Source of the DNA: Alloascoidea hylecoeti
Lineage: Eukaryota
Reading direction: 5' to 3'
Length of the DNA stretch: 64,000 nt
NCBI GenBank assembly: GCA_001600815.1
Contig: BCKZ01000001.1
Location: 540,613-604,612, forward strand
Shown here: positions 34,946 through 44,836 of the stretch, piece by piece
Layout of the letters: each line of letters opens with the position of its first letter
Position numbering within the stretch: the stretch's first letter is position 1
Notes under the pieces: model-generated
What the model was told of the DNA's origin: nothing
The model's input: the letters and a program-made list of their open reading frames with translations, nothing else
The model's database searches: none
Program-made: the position numbers and the translations under genes

Positions 34946-35617
34946 TCACAGCTCATTTCTCGAGCGCAGCACTCTGTCGGCCAACCCCAGCTCCACGGCC
35001 CGGTCCGCGTCCAGAAAAGAGTCTCTGTCCAGCAGCCTGTCCAGTTGCGGCGCAGAGATGTCCGCGTTGGTGGCTTCCATGTGGTGCAGGTACAGCTGGG
35101 TGATCTTGGCCCGTGTTTTGGCCATGTGCTCCGCGTGGATGGCGACGTCGCTGGCACTCCCGCTGAACCCCCCGCTCGGCTGGTGCACCATGACAACACT
35201 GTTCCGCAGCACCAGACGCTCCCCTGGCTCCCCCCCACACAGCAGCAGCGACCCCATGGAGCACGCCTGGCCCAGGCACACCGTGCTGATCGGACAGCCC
35301 ACGTACTGCATGGTGTCGTAGATCGCCAACCCGCTGGTCACGCTCCCCCCGGGGCTGTTGATGTACATGTAGACCTTGGCCCGGGACTGGGCCTCCAAGT
35401 ACAGCAGCTGTGCCGTAACAATCCCCGCGGTCTGGTCGTCTATGGGCCCGTACACGCAGATAATCCGTTCTTTCAGCAGCCGGGAAAAGATGTCGTATCC
35501 TCCCTGTCCTTCCGACACAATTGGAAGCCCAATCCTTCTGCTGGCCGACTGAGAAAACCCCCTTCGCACCCCCATGTTCGCCGTTTTCTTCACAAGCCCG
35601 AAAGTCTTCATCATCAT
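34946..35617 (-). CDS. CLPP: ATP-dependent Clp protease proteolytic subunit, mitochondrial
   Basis: DIFSRLLKERII, YINSPGGSVTSGLAIYDTMQ, and an intact Ser-His-Asp triad (GQACSMGS, HQPSGG, LDRDSFL). Arg-rich, acid-free presequence. No introns. Confidence 0.95.
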   Translation of the reverse strand: MMMKTFGLVKKTANMGVRRGFSQSASRRIGLPIVSEGQGGYDIFSRLLKERIICVYGPIDDQTAGIVTAQLLYLEAQSRAKVYMYINSPGGSVTSGLAIYDTMQYVGCPISTVCLGQACSMGSLLLCGGEPGERLVLRNSVVMVHQPSGGFSGSASDVAIHAEHMAKTRAKITQLYLHHMEATNADISAPQLDRLLDRDSFLDADRAVELGLADRVLRSRNEL

Positions 35618-35659
35618 CTATGGTCTAGCAGTTGTCCGTCAATGCTTAAGACTACTACT

Positions 35660-35754
35660 GTCAAGGGTCAAGTGTCAAGTGTCAAGTGTCAAGTGTCAAA
35701 AGTCAGGAGTCAAGAGCCAAGACCAAGACCAAGACCAAGACTCAAGACTCAAGA
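35660..35754. repeat. Compound 6-7 bp minisatellite in the divergent CLPP/DJP1 promoter
   Basis: GTCAAGG, (GTCAAGT)4, GTCAAAA, GTCAGGA, GTCAAGA, GCCAAGA, (CCAAGA)3, (CTCAAGA)2. Confidence 0.9.
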
Positions 35755-35873
35755 GTAGGGAGTGTCTGGGTGTTTGTTTGCCTTTGTGTCTGAACATTTG
35801 AATAATCGAAACCTCCAATATTTCAATCCTCGAACCCGCCACTTTTCCATTAACTCCAACATCATATCTAAAA

Positions 35874-37645
35874 ATGGCGGTTGATACGGCTTATTATGAT
35901 TTACTACTAGTCTCCCCTACTGCAACTCCACTGGAAATCAAAAAATCTTATAGAAAATTGGCTGTGAAGCATCATCCCGATAAAAACCCGGATGATCCAA
36001 AAGCTAGTGAGAGGTTCCAAGAGGTATGTATTCAAACTCGGTTTGTCATTTTTTGTTTCATGTTAAATCTTTACTAACAAATAATTCAATAATTTTAGAT
36101 TGGTGAAGCTTATCAAGGTAACTAAAACTGACTATTTACATGATTTTATACTAGTCATTTATAATTAACTTTTTTCACCCTTTATATTCATAGTCCTAAG
36201 CGATCCTGAACTTCGTAAAAGATATGATCAATATGGTAAAGATCAAGCTGTTCCAAGCGCTGGCTTTGGTAAGTTATTCTTAATGGTTAAACTTGTTATA
36301 TTTATGAATGCTAATAATCTTTTAGAGGACCCAGTAGAATTTTTCTCAATGATCTTTGGTGGTTCAGCTTTTAAAGATTTGTAAGTTTATTTCTAACTAT
36401 TGATGAATCAAGAATAAAATACTAACTGATATGATATTATATTATATTATATTATAAAGAATCGGTGAATTATCATTTTTGAAAGAATTAACACGTACTG
36501 CTGAACTATCTGAAATAAATCAAGATAAAACTGAATCCACATCTGAAAATTCTAATAATTCCAATGATTCTAATGATTCACCATCAAATTCACATCAATC
36601 AAATACAAATACAAATATAAATTCATCTTCAAATTTATTATTAGAACACGGTTCTTCAACAACAGATGCAAATCAAGTTGATAAATCAAAAGAAAATAAT
36701 AAAAATAAAAATGGTTTAACCCCTGAACAAGAAGAAAAAATTGCAAAATATGAAGAAGAAACAAGATTAGCAAGAAAAGAAAGAATTGAAACATTATCAT
36801 CAAATTTAATTTCAAAAGTTTCTTTATATACTGAAACTGATAAACAAAAAGATGTTATATATTCTTTTAAATCAAAAATTAAAATTGAATCTGAATCTTT
36901 AAAAATGGAATCTTTTGGTTTAGAAATTTTACATACAATTGGTAAAATTTATATATCAAAAGGTGAAACATTAATTAAAAAACAAAAATTTTTAGGTATC
37001 CCTGGTTTTTTCAGTGCTTTAAAAGAAAAAGGTACACTTGTTGCTGATACTTTTAAAACTATTAGTAGTGCTATGGATGCTCAAGCTTCTTTACAACAAA
37101 TTGCAAAGATACAAGAAGATAATTTAACTAAACAACAAAGGAAAGAAGAAAAAGAACAAGCTAAATCTTCAGAATCTTCAGAGTCTTCAGAATCTTCAAA
37201 ATCTTCAAAATCTACTGAAAAAGATAAATCTACAAACAATACTATAGATACAAAAGAGAATGACAAGAAAGTAGAAGAAGATGATGATGATATATTAAGT
37301 CCTGAAGAGCTAGCTAATTTAGAAAGAACAATGATTGGTAAGGTCTTATCAGCCGCATGGCATGCTTCAAAATATGAAATTCAAGGTGTATTAAGAGAAG
37401 TTTGTGATACCATTTTATATGATCCAAAAACACCATTAGTTAAAAGATTAGAAAGAGCAAATGCTTTAATTATAATGGGTGAAATTTTCATAAAAGCTGA
37501 AAGAACTGAAGAAGAAGATGAAGAAGCAAGAGTTTTTGAAGAATTGGTTGCAGAAGCAACTACAAAACAAGCAAAAAATCATACTAAAAAAGAGAAAGAA
37601 GAATTATCAACAAAAGAAGTTCCTACAACTTCAACTTCAACTTAG
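35874..37645 (+). CDS. DJP1: J-domain protein with DnaJ-X domain (Djp1/Caj1 family); join(35874..36023,36099..36117,36194..36268,36326..36380,36460..37645)
   Basis: HPD motif. The spliced product [24 protein letters not shown]...[27 protein letters not shown] is continuous, and [15 protein letters not shown] is present. Djp1 versus Caj1 orthology is not resolvable by eye. Confidence 0.9.
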
Positions 37646-39120
37646 CCTTCATCTCATTAATTAATTTATATTTTTTTATAAATTTGTCTATGATAGTAAT
37701 TTTGTTTGTTTGTTTGTTTTTTCTTTCCTGTCTCTTTTGTTTAGAATTGGTTGTTACTGTCGAATTTTTTTTTGACTGTTTAAATTTAGTATGCAAATAT
37801 AATATATATTTTGTTCTATTTTCAAGTTACCTATTTAAGTTTAAACTTGGAATAATTACTTATACCTATACGTATACGTCTAGGTAGAATGTTTGATTTA
37901 CTGGTTTATATCGTTTTTTAATTCAATGCATAGAAAAAATACTTAGAATTATAAATGGAAATACATATCATCTAGACTTACCTACGACGTCTTTTAACTT
38001 TCTTAGTTTTTTGCCTACGATTAATTTCATTATCGATAATTTTATAAGCATCTTTAGGACGTAAATGGTTATCAATACATGTATGTATGTTCAAAAGTTT
38101 CTACAGTTGATTTTGGTATACTTAAGCTTCCAAACTTAATATGCATATGCATCAACCATACATGAAAGTTAAACCAATTTGTACAACCTTCAAGAAAACG
38201 ACATCTTTCCCTAATCGGGTCTTCTCCCCATTTTTCAATGCGAATCGTTGGAATTGCAACTTCGATATTAGGGTCAGTTGTCATTTTATCATCTTCACTT
38301 GAACTTAAATATTTTAATCTAAAGAAAAATTCATATCCGCACTGCTGGATACATCAGAGAATGTTCAGTTACTAGAATCGGATACATTTGATCTTGATTC
38401 GTTTGAATCATTATCTTCATTGATATTAATATTAAATACATCGCTATCAACTATCTGATATACAGTGTATAGCCGTTGACCATAAGAAGAAGATCCACTG
38501 AAATTTGGACATCCCCATACATTATTCGCGAATTCTGTCTTCCTCATTATAATCAACATTTGGAAAAGCAAGATAATCCTCTGGAGCCTATGAGTCTTCA
38601 ATTAATAATATTTTTTTTTTTTAAAATGGCCATTAAGGCTCTATATTAAACTGCTTTTTCTATAAATACTATATTTATAACAACCAAGAAATTGTGAAAA
38701 TAAAATGACCTATTGCTAGGCAAAAATACCTATTACTAATGTTATAGGTTCACTCTTTTTTGAATAATGTTGTTACATTTTATAGTATTATTGCCACCAT
38801 TTCCAACATTATCTTTGTTATTATAATAAATAATGATGATGAGAAAAATACTGAAATATTTTTTTGACATTAATATTTCTTGTAGTTTCCGGATACGATA
38901 TCACTGTCCATAATTATAAGGCCTTATAAAATTTTTTTAAAATATGTAGCAAACAAGTGTAGAACATTAAGATTAGTAACATGGTTGCTCATATTTTCAC
39001 TATTTACTCTAGAGTCTATAGAGTCTAGACTTTATACCCATTTCAATAACTGGCTCATGTTATCTTAAGTCTTTCAATGAGGAGGAAAAAGAGAACTGTC
39101 AAAAAAATAGAAAAAGAAAT

Positions 39121-39192
39121 TGCCGTTGCCCAGAATCGAACTGAGGTTTCATCGGCCACAACGATGTGTACTCACCACTATACTACAACGGC
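39121..39192 (-). tRNA. tRNA-His (anticodon GUG), intronless
   Basis: Minus strand reads GCCGTTGTAGTATAGTGGTGAGTACACATCGTTGTGGCCGATGAAACCTCAGTTCGATTCTGGGCAACGGCA: 7-bp acceptor stem, CATCG/CGATG anticodon stem, TTCGA T-loop, and a T-run terminator just downstream. Confidence 0.97.
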
Positions 39193-40132
39193 TTAATTTA
39201 TCACGTGTAATCCCACACAAATTTGTGAGCAAAATATTCATCCGATGGTGTCTCTTGCTCCCAGTTCCAATCAAGCCACCAAAGAGGATCTACAAAATGT
39301 ACACCCAGGATACTATCAATATCTGATGATCATGACTCAAAATATACTTCTTAAACTTTGGTGATATACACCCAGAACGCGTAAACCTCTTTTTTTTTTA
39401 CTTTATTCAAAAATATCTCATCGAAACCTTAATCAAACATTCAAAAATATAAATGCTGACTACGAATATCAAGTCTATATGGTCAGAGCGGGTCATACCT
39501 ATGCCGAAACTGGTTTTGTAATGAAGCCACATATAATTTTCAGTAATTTCTATAGTTGGTGATTCTAATGCTCCGATATCTGCACTTAAGCTTTATCACT
39601 GTATTACAAATGTTGTCAAAAAGGTTCCATCATTCCCGTAGAATTCAACCGAGTTCCTAGGTTTCACTTAAAGAATTGTATATTAGTCCAAAGCAATGTT
39701 GATGATTGCAAATGGTAAATTTATCAAGCGATGCTGTGGTATTCTAGTTGTTCTCAATTAAAAAGGATAGAGATATAGAGTAAACAATTGACATTTCTGC
39801 AGCCTTTCTCTTATTATTTAAACGTATGAAAGAGTATATTTGAAAGAGATACTGATAAAAGGAAGATTAATATTTCTCCTTGGATACACATTTTCATTAT
39901 GTCTGAATGAATAAATTTAGCATCTAGATCTAATTATAATCATGTTAGATATTCCTCAATATTCATTAGCGCTGCACTATGTGGCCCAAAGAGGAAATAG
40001 TAGGCTGAACGCCTTATTACCCTGCCGAGGTAAACTTTTTTTATGAAAAACACTAACTTCACGTGATTATTAAATAGGGATTGTGACACTTTTGCAAAAT
40101 ACTTTACTTTATAATTACCAAATAAGATTAAA

Positions 40133-41704
40133 ATGGACAGTGAAGCAGACAAAATCGCTGCGCCCTTGAGCTCGTTATGGCTCAGCACGCCAAGAGTGAA
40201 AGACGTGAAACCGGCGAACCAAGTATTTGAGGTGAAAGTCGAAAACCTGCCGTTGGACATGACCCAGCGCGAGTTTCAGTTGGTATTCTCGTTGGCCTCG
40301 CAACTAATCGACACCAAGTTACAAAAGCCCTCCACCGTGGATCAAAATGGTCAATTTAACGGATCGCGTCCGGGCTCGGCCCACCCCAACCCCCCAGCCG
40401 GCCTCACTGGTGTCGCCAGGTTCTCCTCGTTGATCGACGCCTCCCATGCCCAGTCCTTGCTGGATGGAAGAACTTTGCTACCTGAGTCCTCTCCCGTCAA
40501 GGCTGAACTCTTCTACCAACACCCCGGTTCGGCCCCCATTTTCCCCCCGTTGAACTCCACACAGACACAAACCTCCAAGTTCCCTCCTTTCAACGACCCC
40601 TTCTCCAGCTCGGCCCATCCTCATTCGCAGGCACCTCCTGCCCCCTCGGATTTCGCCTTCGACCAGAAGCATAATTATTCGGGAAAGCACCTTCTGCAGC
40701 TGGAGTCGACTGGCGAGGAAGACTGGTTCCCTCGCCACTCTCAGGACTTGATGCAACAGCTAGGACCATCGCATCAACCCCAATCGTCGGTGAGCAATGT
40801 TCTTTGGGATAAAAGAAACTTAAGGCAAGGGTCTTATCCACCTTATAATCAACCCGCTAGACCCATATCGATGATTGACTCTCAAATAAACAATAATCCT
40901 GGCGCCAGTAACAAGTCTCAACCCAATACACAGGTGAATAATTTCATCTTACCTCTTTTAAACCCTGCTGATCAAAACCCTCCCTGTAACACTCTCTATG
41001 TTGGTAATATTCCACAGCAAACCGTGGAAGAGGAGCTAAAGGAGCTGTTTTCTACCCGGGAAGGTTACAAGAGACTCAGTTTTAAGAACAAGGGTAATGG
41101 AAATGGTCCCATGTGCTTTGTTGAGTTTGAATCTGTCGAGTACGCCACTAACGCCTTAAATGAGTTATATGGGAGAACTTTGGTCCACAGTGTTAAAGGT
41201 GGCATTCGACTTAGCTTCTCAAAGAATCCTCTTGGTGTTAGAAGCAATCATAATCAAAAACATGCTATAGCTAATCATCCTTCAATTCAGACTCATCATC
41301 CACAAATCCCTGCAGGTGCAGCTCCCATCAATGATGAAAGACCTAATCTGCAGTTGTTTAAACATGAATCTTTTTCTGGAATTCCATATAACAATCATGT
41401 ACAAGCTCAAATCCCTCATTCATTTCAAAATAATTCTTATCCAGCAATTCCATCACAATCATTTCAAAATATGAACAATCCTCCAATTGTAACTGAAAAT
41501 ATTACTAATACCCAACAAATGCTATCCTCTATGCCATTGTCTCCAACTGATGATCCTAATAGTTCTACTTCTAGAAATCCATTTGGACTTAACCCCCAAA
41601 GTATGGGCAATGGTAATATTAATGGTAATGGTAATAGTAATTCGCAATTGAATAGTACTAAAATTTTTAATGGCAATGAGCATATGTCACAAGACAGATT
41701 TTAG
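40133..41704 (+). CDS. WHI3: Whi3/Whi4-family RRM RNA-binding protein
   Basis: [18 protein letters not shown]...GYKRLSF...GPMCFVEFE...[26 protein letters not shown]. Degenerate N-terminal RRM ([20 protein letters not shown]) and Q/N/P-rich regions. Confidence 0.88.
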   Translation: MDSEADKIAAPLSSLWLSTPRVKDVKPANQVFEVKVENLPLDMTQREFQLVFSLASQLIDTKLQKPSTVDQNGQFNGSRPGSAHPNPPAGLTGVARFSSLIDASHAQSLLDGRTLLPESSPVKAELFYQHPGSAPIFPPLNSTQTQTSKFPPFNDPFSSSAHPHSQAPPAPSDFAFDQKHNYSGKHLLQLESTGEEDWFPRHSQDLMQQLGPSHQPQSSVSNVLWDKRNLRQGSYPPYNQPARPISMIDSQINNNPGASNKSQPNTQVNNFILPLLNPADQNPPCNTLYVGNIPQQTVEEELKELFSTREGYKRLSFKNKGNGNGPMCFVEFESVEYATNALNELYGRTLVHSVKGGIRLSFSKNPLGVRSNHNQKHAIANHPSIQTHHPQIPAGAAPINDERPNLQLFKHESFSGIPYNNHVQAQIPHSFQNNSYPAIPSQSFQNMNNPPIVTENITNTQQMLSSMPLSPTDDPNSSTSRNPFGLNPQSMGNGNINGNGNSNSQLNSTKIFNGNEHMSQDRF

Positions 41705-43146
41705 TCAGTTTCTTCATTCGCATATGCATATGCATTTGATTGCATTTTCATTTTCAGCTTCATATTATTTCATTTGAATCTTTTCCTAATTTCATAATAC
41801 TAATATGTTCATTTATTATTATTTTTGATCTTGGAAGGTATGTACACTAAACTGAACAAACTCTAATACTCATTTATTGTATCATCATTGGTTTTTCTAT
41901 TATTATTTTTACTAAAAATGATAACTTCATGGATATTTTATTTGAGAATTTGAACGACATTTAAATTGTTTTATTATTTTTTTTTTCTTTGTTTGATAAT
42001 ATCAAGACTTGTAACGTTATTATTATTATTATTATCTTATTGTTTACCCTAGTATTTTATTAAAACTAAACTACCCTATAGCTATATCTTTATACCACCT
42101 TTTATTAATTTATTTGTCTTTTATTTTTTCTTCCCCAAAAACACATGAAGTGAATTATACGATTTTATTCACCGTATCTTATTATTAATCTTTTTTTCCC
42201 TTCTATTTCTGTGTTATAATTATATTATGTTAATAATATCTAACCATTAATATTGATACTTTTTCCTCAATGATTTGATTTTTTTTCTGGTTATTAATGA
42301 TAATTAAATTTTTATAATATTATGTTTCGATTTGCTACAAATATTTGAATTGCAAAACATTTATTCAGTAGCTCAAGATCATCAATTTTTGATTGAGCTA
42401 ATGACATGTAGATCAGCAATCAACCAGTAGTACTATAAGGCCTTCTATGGTTTAATGTGATGAGATATGGAAATCGTAGCATAGCTTCTTATAGAAATTC
42501 TACACTTATTCTACGGTTGTAAAGAGGCCTACAAGGCATGAAGTTGAGCTGGTGTTCCGTATTAATATGTCCAAGCAATTGAAAGGAAGTTAATAATTAG
42601 TTTGCAATAAACCCTCCGGAATATCAATTTTTTAAATTTTACTTTTTGTGACACACACCTATATATTTTAATCGAATTTATATACTGTATAGATTAATTT
42701 CAATTATAAACATTCTTTAAATTTTAAATATAAATATATAAAGTGCACGGTTTCAATATACATTTAATTATGATATTTGATTATTATACGGTCAATGTCG
42801 GCCATTCTAATTACCAAATTTTGGCTGACACATATACTAGCGCTGGATTTAGCAAGCATAGCAAGCTTTTTAAGCAAGTAGGTATTTCCAGTAAAATGCT
42901 CCACCGTCCTCCGCAACGTGGTCGTATAGTCGTACCCAGTGCTTGTGATATTCCCGATTGCTAGCAAAAGTGTGTAATCTGGAGTAATCGTGAGGAGTTC
43001 TCAAAACAGCAAAGAATATATATGTATTACGCTCTAATCGGATAAAGTAGTCTTCCACCTTCCATCTTTTGGTCGACCCATTCCTTTGGTAATGGTATCT
43101 TTCGTAATTGTGGTCAACAAAGGGTTAAACCTGCTGAATCTATTAA

Positions 43147-44160
43147 ATGAATTCCCTTTCTAATATTCCAAATAAATATAAAAATGCTAGAAATTCACTT
43201 CTTAAATGTTATTCAATCCACAGGTCAATACAAATGTCTGCAGCTGGCAATTATTTGGCCTCTAATAATTCCTCTAATGGCATTAGAGATTCTCTTAAAA
43301 AATCAAAAAAAGAGATTTACATTGAAAAAATAAATATTCTCTCAAATGAGGTTCAGGAAATGAGGTCAATGTTATCTCGTTTAGTCTTTTCAATGTCTTT
43401 TCAATTGAGTCTGCAGCTGAATAATTCACACATGAATGGGGGTGAATTTACATCTACATCTTGTAAATTACCAACTAATGATGATATTAACGTTCAGGTA
43501 AACAACAATAATGACGAGGCAGTAAATTTAGATCAAGTTTTCATGGTTAGTTATGGTACTAAAGATGATAAACCACAATCATGCATTGATTTAGAAGAAA
43601 CACCTTTCGCGATTTCACCGTCAACAGACATAAATGAGATTCAATCTCAATCTCAATTTCCTATCGATGTCAATATTAGTACTGATGATACAAATTCAAA
43701 ACTAGGTAGAGTTAAAATGTCAGATTCCTCTAAATTCCCTATTGAAGATAATAAATCTTCTGTAGCAATTACTAATAGCGAAGCGGATTTAAATTTAAAC
43801 GATTCTGCTTCAATTGTAACATCTGGTGAAGATAATAAATCACCAAGAGCTAACAATGTATCAAATGTTTCTTCTCAAACTTTCAGTTACAGTGTATACA
43901 ACAAATCTCTATCTATAATTGAGGATCCTGAGGTAGAGATAGAATCTAAAGATTCAAATATTACACATTCTGCTTTAAATGAAACTTCGGTAAATGGTGA
44001 AGATAAAAAGGACCTTCACTTACCCATAGTTACAAAAAATCAAACCTTTAGTATTAATATTAGAATGCTTTTCCTGTTAGCTCGCACATTATATCATCGA
44101 ATTACAATACATTTTATACATGTTTATAAATTTTTGAGACCTGGAATAAAAAATGTTTGA
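43147..44160 (+). CDS. Orphan 337-aa Ser/Asn/Asp-rich ORF with a short predicted coiled coil; may start at ATG 43234
   Basis: A 1-kb ORF in AT-rich DNA is unlikely by chance. No recognisable family. Confidence 0.5.
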   Translation: MNSLSNIPNKYKNARNSLLKCYSIHRSIQMSAAGNYLASNNSSNGIRDSLKKSKKEIYIEKINILSNEVQEMRSMLSRLVFSMSFQLSLQLNNSHMNGGEFTSTSCKLPTNDDINVQVNNNNDEAVNLDQVFMVSYGTKDDKPQSCIDLEETPFAISPSTDINEIQSQSQFPIDVNISTDDTNSKLGRVKMSDSSKFPIEDNKSSVAITNSEADLNLNDSASIVTSGEDNKSPRANNVSNVSSQTFSYSVYNKSLSIIEDPEVEIESKDSNITHSALNETSVNGEDKKDLHLPIVTKNQTFSINIRMLFLLARTLYHRITIHFIHVYKFLRPGIKNV

Positions 44161-44747
44161 AATTGGGATAAATATTTTTATAATCATAATCATACATATA
44201 AATTATAATCATAGACTACGTGTAAGTAGCGAGGCTCAAGAATCATCTTCAATAACAGTACTTTATGCTATTAACATCTTTATGTGAAGTTAAATGATTA
44301 TTGAGGAGGAGTTGATATCAAATCCTATTTTGTCTGATTGACCATGGGTGAAGATGCAATGTTAGCAGTTTATAACACGGGATCCTTGACTCAAAACTTC
44401 TATCTAACATGCTGGTTCTTTTTGGTATAAAGCTAACAGTGTTATGCAGGATGGCATCATTCTGTTCTAGAGATGAAGGATGATAATCTGAATCTCCTCC
44501 TCATTTCAAAAAAACAGATATCGCGGATCCTTACAATTAACTCTCTCACATTATAAATACTACAAATATTGACTCTTTTTGATTTTATATACATGTATAA
44601 CTTTATCTATAATTGTACATATATCCAATTAAATATATTTACCAAAAATTAAACTAAATAACTCAAAAATCTTAACAAAAAATCGAACGGTAAGTAAACT
44701 GTAAAGTAAAATGATATTAAAATGAACACGTAAATGTATATGACAAT

Positions 44748-44820
44748 AATAGTAATAGTAATAGTAATAGTAATAGTAGTAATATTAATAATAGTTGATA
44801 ATAGTTGATAATAGTTGCTA
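44748..44820. repeat. (AATAGT)n and (AATAGTTGAT)n simple repeats just downstream of the 1971-aa gene
   Basis: Read directly from the sequence. Confidence 0.8.
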
Positions 44821-44836
44821 ATAATATTTCAGCCTC

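Noticed and set aside
35470..35482. Alternative yeast genetic code (CUG as Ser or Ala)
   Set aside because: CTG CTG encodes the conserved LL of ClpP SRLLKER, and CTG also falls at Leu positions in MTR10 (KLFAAQ) and GLT1 (ALP). The standard code fits.
34946..35617. Recent bacterial transfer of clpP suggested by its high GC and lack of introns
   Set aside because: It has a mitochondrial-type presequence, the high GC extends into the neighbouring gene, and similar islands cross native genes (UBX7, GLT1, WHI3). A phylogeny is still needed to close the question.
35660..35754. CRISPR-like or telomeric array
   Set aside because: The units are 6-7 bp without unique spacers, the context is eukaryotic and internal, and nothing links the unit to a telomere repeat.
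34670..35758. 362-aa + strand ORF and other overlapping ORFs across CLPP
   Set aside because: These are antisense or alternate-frame shadows caused by stop-codon scarcity in the GC island. Only the ClpP frame has recognisable motifs.
39120..39326. 68-aa ORF
   Set aside because: It is the antisense of the tRNA-His gene.
39200..40140. Point centromere suggested by CDEI-like TCACGTG motifs
   Set aside because: There is no very AT-rich CDEII followed by a CDEIII CCGAA core at the right spacing, and the motifs sit in promoter positions.
44302..44503. TGAGGAGGAG / CTCCTCCTCA inverted pair as MITE ends
   Set aside because: Only 10 bp, low complexity, no target-site duplication and no second copy seen.
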